From Laetmonice hystrix (lineage: Eukaryota), in contig OZ249451.1 of NCBI GenBank assembly GCA_965235115.1, forward strand, positions 6,231,001-6,264,000: a DNA stretch of 33,000 nucleotides, given 5' to 3'. The notes below the pieces were generated by a model. The model searched no databases and was not told where the DNA came from. It was given only the letters and a program-made list of their open reading frames with translations. Position numbers and translations under genes: made by a program. How positions within the stretch are numbered: the first letter of the stretch is position 1; every line of letters starts with the position of its first letter. Below are positions 23,304-33,000 of this stretch, piece after piece.

Positions 23304-23484
23304 CTGGGCCCATTTTGTAAAAACTTAAGATGTTTAGCTTAAGGCTTCTGAGCAGACCAGCCAACACTTAAGATGTTGCTCAAGCTCAAGCTACACGCTC
23401 CTGATTGACTGGTCTGGTTAGAACAGCCAATCAGAAACGTTAAGCTTGAGCTTAAGCAATATCGTGTTTACGAACTGGGTCCAG
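23304..23484. mobile_element. ~180-bp MITE-like non-autonomous DNA transposon with nested inverted repeats
   Basis: Termini CTGGGCCCATTTTGTAAA and the reverse complement of TTTACGAACTGGGTCCAG match 15/18. Inner IR 23372-23392 vs 23443-23463 matches 19/21. Innermost IR CTGATTGACTG/CAGCCAATCAG matches 10/11. No exact TSD is visible. Confidence 0.72.
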
Positions 23485-24766
23485 GTCTTACAGCGCCGGT
23501 AAAACTAACGTCAGATATTACCTTTAAAGACAGGAGAAGCTGGTTGTATGCCCCACAGTGTCAATATGGTCACGGGATGCAAAGGTCTGTCCAATGCACC
23601 TGTCACAGGAGGGGGTACATACTCTGAGAACACACACAAGCGTGTCTGGCTCGTAGTATCGGTATGCGACCATCAACGTGTGGCGTTGGAAGATGATCCC
23701 CCAACGTGCGTGACGTACTCAAGCTCTGTCAGCGCTGTCCCTCCAACTTTTCACATGCCACGATTTCATCCTTGGAAAATGACTCCCAAATGACATAATG
23801 AGGATCGATTAAGAGTAGTTTCGTACGGCGTCGACGGGTTGAGGGGTGTCAGGATTGGGGTAAATGAGTGTGTGTGGAGGGGACAGAGGGGGCGTTGGCA
23901 TTAACCCCCGTCTGATTATCACCTCCTATTACTGATGGAAATGTAGCAGAATTATGATAATGCATATCGGATTGGGCGCCCAGGAGACCGCCAACGTGTC
24001 GTCCAGACCCAGGCAAGGCCACCGACCGAGGACAATAATTGCCACAAATCTCATTACAGGCTAATCAGCGGTGACACCCTGACCACTAATTATGTATTGT
24101 TTTGGCACATCAAGCCGTCAGGTTGCTGCAGTGCGGAGCCTTCTGGATGTTCTTGCATGTTGCACGGCCACAACGTCAATGAAAACTCGCGTCTTGGATC
24201 AACAACTGTCCTTAAGAATTTGCGTTTTCCATCACTGTCCAGTGACAACGTCAGCACAAGTCAGGGGAGGGATTTCTTTGGTTTGTCTTCTTGTCATGTT
24301 CAATCTCCTGATTTTGGGACACGTTTAGGGAATAGCCGTTAACTTGTCTGAACCGAGGAGCGCTAGTTGACCAGGAGCACACGTGAGGATACGTCAGGAG
24401 GCATGCCAACAGAATCGTTCCCAAAGACACCAACAGACTACGCAATCCTGTTGATTATACTATTTAACATTGAATATCGATTTATTCCTTTATGAATTTG
24501 TCACTAAATGTTCGGTGATTATGATACGGAAGAGGGGAACGACCAATGGCTTTATAAAAACTTCCTGGTTTATTTTGCCCCGAACAACCGCATCTATTTT
24601 AACTGACCTCAGAAAGGATGGAGGTCGATTGAAATGAGGTTCATGAAATCATAACCCTTTGCTAGCTTGTAAAGGCAGGAACCGTACCCTGCAGTAGTCC
24701 CCTGTATTTTTGTCTCACTGAGTTAGTAGCCTAAGTGTTGCCATAATACTCTGCAGTATCCAACAA

Positions 24767-24846
24767 CCAATGGCGTGTCGTGTACCAGAGTAGGTAGGTC
24801 AGGTCGGTCAACCAATGAACCGTCTTCTAAGGACTGACGCATGCGT
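24767..24846. promoter_or_regulatory. Possible promoter-like motif cluster (two CCAAT boxes, palindromic ACGCATGCGT)
   Basis: CCAAT at 24767 and 24812; 10-bp palindrome at 24837-24846 resembling an NRF1-type core. Motifs only; no associated gene is seen. Confidence 0.2.
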
Positions 24847-26007
24847 GGCTGTAAATGAGACAGCGTCACGAGAAACGTTTCCCCTGAAGGAAGGAACGCC
24901 AAGGAAGGTTAGACCCTTGTGGCCGGCCGAGAAAACAACTAACATGCTCCCCTCACAAAGATTACTTTAAATACCGGAAAGGAGATCGCCATGTGACACG
25001 TTTGAAGGATTTTTCTTCTTTATTCGGAGGTAAACACCGATGATAATCGACCAGTTTGTAGAGGGTAATGTGTATAGATTTGACTGGGTCAAACCCAAAG
25101 TTGGGTGGGTCAATCAGGGCATGGAGCACGTAGAATTATGTCGCCGGGCCCTTTCTAAATTGATCCAATTTGTTTCACAGTGTCCAGAGCTCAAGTGTTT
25201 ATTACCAACTGTGTGATCTATGAAACAAATTCATGTTGGCATCTTACCGGGGCCTTATCCAATTGCGTTTGGGTTTTAATATTTTCCTTCATTTGAATTC
25301 AAAGACTGCAATATGATATGGTCGTTTTAAAATTCTATTATGGTATAATTACACGGAGCATTTTAAAGGTTATTATTCAGAAATAGAGTGAGGATTAGTG
25401 AGAATAGATCAGTCATAGTGAGTCGGGATGCATCCAGAAACCATGAGAGTGACAACATTAATCGTACACAGAAAAGGACCGTAGGGTGACACAATAAAGA
25501 AATAGGTCAAGTGAATGCTTGAAAAAGTAGGTCAATCAGAAAAAGAGGCCGTAGTGATGAGCAGATAATGTTTTCAGTCACTAAGGATTTAAGTGGTTCT
25601 CAAATTGCGCTGAACTGAGACATTAAGGTAGCTCGACAGCTCAGGCGATGGTTTCATGTAAATGTTCACATGAAATCTCTGACAGCATGGAATTTAATAG
25701 GACATTTTGTGATCACATCACATGCCACAAGAGCGTAAGAGGAAGACTTATTGCTGCGACACTGACCGCGTTTTAATGCTCAGCAAAAAGATCCTTTTTT
25801 TTTTTGGTTGTTGGTGGTGATGGTGGGGGAGTAAGGTTGATTGACAGTACCCTGGGTGTTTCCAATACAAATCGTATTTTTTCTTTTATGTTGAAGTAAT
25901 CTATGTCTATGTCTCTGTGGCAATAAAGTTTATTTGACGTTTGACATTTAATGTGCAGATTATGGCCCATTTTATTTCTTCTCATTGTAATCTTTTTACT
26001 CTGTTTT

Positions 26008-26129
26008 CGCCCTGAAGATGGCCTTGGATGCCGACACGGCGTAAAACCACCATTACTCACTCACTCACTCACTCACTCACCCACTCACCCACTCATTCAC
26101 TCACTCACTCACTCACTCACTCACTCACT
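26008..26129 (+). mobile_element. 5'-truncated SINE 3' end with long (ACTC)n tail
   Basis: CGCCCTGAAGATGGCCTTGGATGCCGACACGGCGTAAAACCACCATTACTCAC aligns by eye with the 3' end of the 21271-21519 SINE (CGCCGTGATATGACCCTGGCTGTTGCAAGGCGTACAATCCCAAATACCCAC). An imperfect (ACTC)n runs from 26055 to 26129. Confidence 0.6.
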
Positions 26130-26742
26130 AACTGAACTTCTCAATCGGACGCACATCTCCACAACGCGTGTGTTTCTATCTGTACCAGACTACCCCGTTC
26201 AAAAGGGTGATAGTTACAGGTGATATAAATGGCTGCGTAAATTACGAAAAACAATCATGGATAAAAGAAAAGAGCTCATTTCGGATTTTCCCTCAGCTGT
26301 AGATGTCTAGCCGAGGTGTTTTCAGGGAACGTTTAGATTTCCCATGGCGAGAGTCAAAGTAAGAAATTCAGTGGCTGTCGTAGTTATATTAATGCTGTGT
26401 CGTGGAGATGACTTTTCACCGTTTTCCACTTTGGATGTGTTTTGATCACACACTATAACCGTTTGAGTGTTATTGATCAGTTGTTGATACTACTACCTCA
26501 TTGACGGGTGGGTTTCACACATGTCAACGACAGATATTGTGAACGCGGTCCTCGCTAATCAACGATCTCTGGCTCATCTTCAGCGACATTTATAATTCAT
26601 ATCATGTAACGTTGCTGTGGTTAGCATCATACTCGGACCCGCCACACTATACCACTGGGTGGGATGGCATATTTTCACACCTCCTGGCTGTAGACCGACG
26701 TCATGGTGCTGGAGGAGGACTGGAGGACTTAGATACCGACTC

Positions 26743-26813
26743 ACACAAAACGTCACTGAAACGTTTTCTGCATACATTATAACGTTTCTGAAACGTTTTC
26801 ATTGCTAGCAGGG
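26743..26813. mobile_element. Probable right terminus of a non-autonomous DNA element (AAACGTTTT-rich, ends TTGCTAGCAGGG)
   Basis: CTGAAACGTTTTC is repeated at 26756 and 26788, with several AACGTT hexamers. The terminus resembles CCC(A/T)GC-ended invertebrate MITE families from memory. No matching left end is seen upstream. Confidence 0.35.
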
Positions 26814-27007
26814 ATTTAGCAGTCAGATGGGAGGGTTTGGAACGGAGGTTGGGGGACAGGTATGATTTGAGTGGAAATCATGCCCCAGCAATCAATCAAA
26901 CAGTGCGGCATTGCTACACTGAATACTTTGTCTACTTCGCCCAGCCTACCAGAATTGAGTAGGGCTGCTTTAGGAGTGGATTGGAATTGTCCTAATTGAG
27001 TCAGTAT

Positions 27008-27213
27008 GGGGAGTTGGTGTTTATCCTGAATCCAGCAGATGGAGTTAGTGTGGGGAGTTGGTGTTTATCCTGAATCCAGCAGATGGAGTTAGTGTGGGGA
27101 GTTGGTGTTTATCCTGAATCCAGCAGATGGAGTTAGTGTGGGGAGTTGGGGTTTGTCCACAATCCAGTGGATGGAGTTGGTGTGGAGTTGGGGTGGAAGG
27201 AGTCAGTGTAGGG
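27008..27213. repeat. 44-bp minisatellite, 3 identical units plus 1 diverged unit and a degenerate tail
   Basis: GGGGAGTTGGTGTTTATCCTGAATCCAGCAGATGGAGTTAGTGT at 27008, 27052 and 27096; diverged copy at 27140. Confidence 0.92.
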
Positions 27214-29646
27214 GGTGCCATGAATCCCTAGATGTAGTGGTTTCTTGGAGGCATTGAACTCATTGAACAGAAGGTCTGTATTGAATAACATTAGAACGGA
27301 CCAGGTTTGAGATCTAAGGTAAGATACCGGGAACGCTCGTTGTGTCAGTTGTCAGGACGTTACAAGTTATGGAATCAGTACCCATGGTCATTAGTCATTC
27401 TCATGTTATCGCTCTGTCAGTGGTGTCACAGATAAGTATCAACCTGAACAGGATAGGCCTAGTCATCATGTAACACGTCCAACACACGCCACTCCAGTAG
27501 GCAGAAGGTCTTTCAAGTGTTTAGTGGTTTAGTGCATTTGGAATAAGGGACTCGTCAAGTTACGACATTAATTTTTTTCCCCAGTTTCACTAACTTTCAG
27601 TCACTGAAAACTAGAACGCAGAGGCTAATCGTAAACTTTAACACGAGATCTGCGAACAGGAGAAGTCAAACATCGGAGAGTGCAACTCGTAAAAGTTGCC
27701 GACTTGAATACCATAAAGTGTAAACTATATGTCCTGAGGGTCGGTGACTGAGATTTTATCACGAGTAACTCGATCTGCCGACACCAACTTTTTAAACTTT
27801 CCCCTACAGACAAGTCTGCCACTCGCCAGTCCTGCCCCACCTCGGGGTTTGCTAATAGGTAGCTTATAGAAGTTTATGGAGACGTGGTAAGTGAAATGAT
27901 CTTGTTTTACCTTAGGGTCGAAGTGTTTGGTTTGAGTCGTACAAAAAGGCGAGTTCTTATCGAAGACATCTCCTACACTGAGTATGACACTGAGGTACAA
28001 ATTATATTTGCACTAAAAAAGATTCCCCTCCAGGTATGTGTGGTCAAAATGAAGATGGCATTTTGTATTGATATGAGGTGAATATGAATGAAGCCATTGA
28101 CATATATAAGAGTGCAGGTCAAACCCAACAACTTCAGATTCTAACAACCTGTTTCTAACTAAAATATCCTTCACATGAGGCGAACGTTTGAGCGTGGTAA
28201 AACCCGTTAAAAGCAACACTTTCTATAAATGCTCGTCAGTTTTGTTGATCGGTTTCCACGGCGCACACAAAGAATTTCGGAGTTGAAGAAAACGATCGGA
28301 AAGACTGAAAGAGGAAAGAGATGTTTATGTGTTTCTGTGTTGTTGTCATGACTGTTGTCAGTTTGTGACAGCCCATTCGCCGTCTGTGTCTATAGACATA
28401 CTCACAACATACATTTAGAGACCTTGTAATTTGTCTCCTTAAGTACAGAGCTTTCACAAAGTGATTTATACCTGAGAAGAGTCAATGACTGTTGGAAAAA
28501 CCACGTTTACCTGATATCAAGATGGCGAGGAATGAGTCCCTCTCTCACACCCTCACAAATGCACAATGCTGTCGGTGTCAGTGTGACTTTTTACCGCAAC
28601 TTTTTGAAATTTAACATCGACACGAATAGTCACACACCTGATTATTTCACGTAGCTGTGGTTTTGTGGTCGGTTTCTGTTTTCACAGATTTTATTTTAAT
28701 TTTGTTAAAACAATTTCTAAAAAAAAGAACGGAGAAGATGATATTTGATACAAGGTGTGAGAAGACCGATGGCGAGTGACTACCCGACACCGCGCGTTGC
28801 CAAGTTTTTAACGAAATTTAATGGAGAAAATCGCCGTTATCTTTTTCTGGCGACCTTTAATGTGGTCTGTTCAATTCAGATTTGTGTTTAAAAAAACACT
28901 TGATGTGAATCATCTGAATTACCAACCCAGCTAGAAAACTATTATTTTTCATAATGCTTCAATATAAAATTACTAAAACCATCAGGTGTTGTCTCACCGG
29001 GTAAATATAAACAAAATAGAAATTAAACTCATGAATATTTCAAGATTTAGTGACTATTGTTTCGCGCCGTCAATCACGGATAAGAATTTCTTTCCCGGCG
29101 AGGTAGAGATGGATGTGAAATGGTGTGAAGGTGTGCTGTCAGTTCCGTAATCTTCCCCGCTGACGTTACATCATTTCTGGCTGACAGTCGAGGGCCGAAG
29201 GTCCCCCCAGGGCTGACAGCCCTAATACGGCAAGATCAGCCAAGTTTTCTGCACAAAATGGGAAAAATTGGCAACTGTAATCTAGGCTGGTGCAGAACCG
29301 TCGCGACAGGATACGGGACCGGCTTTGAGAGGGTTGACCTTGTCTTGATCAGTTTCCTGTGTGAGGTCAACTTCAAGGTCATCGACTTTGTAAGTTTGAT
29401 TTGATATTGAAATGTGATATTCAGTTAAAATAGAATTCCGTTCTGGATATTCTGTAACAGTTGTAACAGGGAAATCTGGGATGACCAAGGCGTGTGGCGC
29501 AAGGGACGATCTTATTTCAAGATCGTGTTGGATTTAAAATATGGGTAACATTTTGAGTTTTAAAGACTGAGTGAGAGAGACATCCTTTAGCCTCGACTGA
29601 AGTTGGAAAAATAAGTTGTCTTTGATAATAAGAAGTTTTAGACCAC

Positions 29647-29696
29647 GGCCCGGTTTTTAAAAAGTTGCATAAATTTAAGCTTAAGGCTTCTGATTG
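29647..29696 (+). mobile_element. Truncated left-end copy related to the 23304-23484 MITE
   Basis: Starts with GGCCCGGTTTTTAAAAA (compare GGCCCATTTTGTAAAAA) and shares the exact 15-mer GCTTAAGGCTTCTGA (29679-29693 vs 23337-23351) at a similar offset. Confidence 0.45.
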
Positions 29697-30774
29697 CCTT
29701 TTCGCCTACTCTTCACCAAGTCCTCGCTGAGACCTTAGACCGCCCTGGGACAAAAGATTCCAGGGAAACCTCCTGCTCAGATAGTCATCACAAAATTCTA
29801 AACGCTCTGGGATTTTTTTTTATACCGTTTGATAATTACGAAAGCTAAAAGCATCTTTTTTCGATGTTATTTTTACTTTGATGGCCGTGCCATTCATTTA
29901 AAAAATCCATCGAATTCACATTTGCGCTGGGAATGCCATTTGCGTCTGTGATAACGAAATGTCTGCTGGCTATCTGATGGAGAACACACATGGTTTGTCA
30001 CGTGATAGGGCCCTGACGGGTTGAACTTCTAAAAACTTTGTCAAGAGTCGCTTCCTTAGGAAGCCATTTGATTAAAAATAACCCTGCTTGATTAACTTTT
30101 TCCCGTACAATATATCACGGGCAAGTTTCCTCTCTCTTATTGATGAGGTGTTAATGACCATGTCATAGTTCTGATTTGTCTATAATTTATTTCACGGGCC
30201 TCATTTGTCCTAAACTCTGACTTGTTTTACTGGGCCAACTTGATTTTTTGGACAAATGCCTCAAATTTCCACACTTCCTATGTCTGCCCTTATTATCTCG
30301 CCCAGTCAGCTTGAAATGTATGTCAGCCATCTAAAAAGGACAAAGTGAAGCGTTAAAGTTCCGTATAAAATACACACATCTGGGATTTCATGATGGGACA
30401 GAATGGTATATAGATGTAACAAGACTCCGGATCAAAGTTTAACCGAGTCCTGTCTATGTTGACAAGTCAACGAGTGCAAAATATAGAATGTTTTGGGCCG
30501 AAATGATACTATATATAAGTAACCCGAGTCGGGCCTGAGACCAGACAATAGATTTTTACGGGCGCCGTTTCTTGGAGAGTGTGTTTGTAGCAAGGGGAGG
30601 GGTTGTCGTTCAGTGTGGGGCTTCATCCAGGGTAAAGAATGTCGGTAGACGGGACAGCAAATATAAAACCTATTGTGTTGTCGCAACTGTGCACATGGCC
30701 CTGTCGTCGAAATGTGAGCTTTTTCAACCCTCAGTAAAAACATGGTGGATCAGCCAACACGTGCCTGGGTCATA

Positions 30775-30807
30775 GGGGGTGGGTGGGAGTGGGGTAGGGT
30801 GTGAGGG
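30775..30807 (+). other. Canonical G-quadruplex-forming motif
   Basis: GGGGG-T-GGG-T-GGG-AGT-GGGG-TA-GGG-TGTGA-GGG: six G>=3 tracts with short loops. Confidence 0.5.
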
Positions 30808-33000
30808 AAGGCTGGGAATGGCGTGACAAGTCTTTTATAGTTAACCCCTTCTCTGGAGTGGGGTGACTAGACGAGGTATATTAGAGATTACCCCGCTCTC
30901 TTCACTGAGAGAATTTATATATATCTAATAGATTAAAACAATTACAAATTTTTCTTAAAATATTTGTTTATTCTTATGTTCTTTTTAATTTGATTTTTTA
31001 AATTTGAATTTAGTACAATTATTCTACGTAAATTGTGGTTATTAGAAGTAAAACCATCTCCGGATTGAAGAGGTTTAAATTCAGATGTTGATTTTTTTGC
31101 TTAGTTTTCTAGCCATGCACAGAGAATAATAACGACGTATGAATTTAAAGGGTTCTATTTCCAGGAATGTCGATTTAATTTAAATACGTTCCTGAAAAAA
31201 GAAACTGTATTTTTCAAAAGCAGATTATAGAAATATCTGTACAGTACCACAGATATAGGATAGCGTAGTTGTAGTATTCTGTGTTAACCTACTCTCGACC
31301 GACACATATTGGTTTAACAACTGTAAATCTCAGTGCATATCGGTCAGTGGTTTAGAGACCATTTAGTTTACGTATTTCTCTTACAGTGTGTATGAAGTGT
31401 ATTAAGTCCACCCGAGCCAGGCTGGGTTTGGTTAATGATAACAGAAGTGTACCCCAAGTGTTTGGCTACTTTCGAGTCGACGTACAGACATTGCCTGTGG
31501 AAGTGTTAGCATCGTCTGGCGCGGCAAAATGAAATGTGTCTGTTGGCCCATTTTCAAAGTGTTTCTTCTTTTTCTAGATCCACATAAAAGCTTTGTTATG
31601 ATCAAATTCTCCTACAGTTAATTCCACGGGTATTCCAGGTGCAAAGTTTATGGGATTAAAGCAAAAACAGACTGAAACGTCGGCGCTGTGAATGGGTGTT
31701 TCACAATTGCTATGGAAATTACTTTCTGATATAAATCGGACAGTCCCACAGCTGTGTGTCAGGCGGTAACTGAATGGCCTTCTCTAAAGAAAAAGAAAAT
31801 CTATTAGAAGCCGAACGTATTTGTGTAGAGACTTGTTCGTCTTTCTCGCAGCTCAAGCTGTTTTCTATATGATTAACAGTCTAATCCACTGAATAAAACA
31901 CACATATACGGGGACAAAAAACCGAATCAAAGTCTGATCTATGCAGTTATACGGGCACAGCCTGCAGGATAGACGGGCGTACATGGGAGAAAACGTGTAC
32001 ATGTTGTCTATGTACAACAATCTAAAAATAATAAACTGTGAATTTAATTTTAATTTGAATAAATATGGAGCCGAGTTATTTATAACGTGCATTTGTTATG
32101 TATTATTTCACTGAAATTATGAGAAAATTGATTTGCGGTTATTAAAAAAAAAGAAGCTGCAACCAAAAAACCTCTCCGCCCTTCAGTGATGAAAGAAGGG
32201 CACATGTGGTTTGGGTGAATGGCTATAATGAGTTGTTGTGAGGCGTCCTTTATAAATATGAAGATCTGTGTTTGTTTGGGGCCGGAGGGGAGAAGGACAA
32301 TGTCAGTGACAGGGCCATGTGCTGTAATTATGGCCATTGGCCATCTCCTGTCTGTGTCGTCTGCCCCCTCTCTCCCCCTGTCTCCATCAGGCTGGTGGCG
32401 ACACGCTTGCCCAGCCTGATTTTAAGGTACACATGATGAAGTGTGTTCGAGTAATTCCAGGGTCTATTTGAAAATACGTCTAATGGTAGCTTGTGATTGA
32501 GATACTCAAATAACTCGTTGCCAGAAAGGGGAAGGGAAACTTGTCAACGCCAGAAAACGGTAAGTTAGGGCTGTCATCACCACAGCCGCTCAGGTCATGT
32601 GGTGCCGCCGGAAATGTACTGTTGAGAGGTACATGAATTGTTAGCCAAACGTTTGAAACACTTTACCGAAAAAAAAGGGAGGACAAAAATGTCAACATAC
32701 GCCTGAGGGAAGGAGTGTGGACTGTTGGGTAAGGAAACGTTGTTCGTTGGGACCGCCTGTAAGGTGAAAACGCTGAAATAGGGTGAAAACGACGTCATGG
32801 ACCAAGTTTTACTCCGATGACTGTGATTGGTTACTGTAAGTGTCACATGACCAGGCGTCCACCAACCCTCAGCTAGAGCCAACTCGTGAAAAAGATGGGG
32901 TCTGGTGGGGATGACTACTTTAAAAAGTTTTGACGTTTTCGTGAATTCACATATGAACATTAGATTTCTATTTCATATTCTGATTAAAGATCCCACCGGA

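Noticed and set aside
26004-26046. Hammerhead-like CTGAAGA-T-GGC-loop-GCC-GACAC
   Set aside because: The core GAAA is GACA, and there is no room for stem III or a cleavage triplet before the closing helix. It is better explained as a SINE 3' tail.
30841-30852. TTAA+CCCCTT, piggyBac-like left end
   Set aside because: There is no downstream AGGGGTTAA partner. The only such motif (~16760) is upstream and in the wrong arrangement.

Overview
This looks like non-coding, repeat-rich eukaryotic DNA, most likely from an invertebrate animal (inferred from the SINE and MITE types; the taxon cannot be fixed by eye). I find no convincing intact protein-coding gene, rRNA, tRNA or CRISPR array. The longest ORFs (138-188 aa at 21979-22588) are artefacts of a 43-bp tandem repeat. 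The well-supported features are: a near-complete tRNA-derived V-SINE-like element with a perfect 12-bp target-site duplication (21271-21519); a related SINE 3' tail (26008-26129); a nested-palindrome MITE (23304-23484) with a truncated second copy (29647-29696); four minisatellites (40, 109, 43 and 44 bp units); and several microsatellites. There are also isolated protein-motif islands (LINE RT, LINE endonuclease, kinase, RING, FN3-like) that do not extend into domains, so they may be fossils or chance matches. I could not identify a clearly novel biological system. The most speculative leads are hammerhead-like boxes on the minus strand of the 43-bp satellite and the higher-order structure of the 109-bp repeat.
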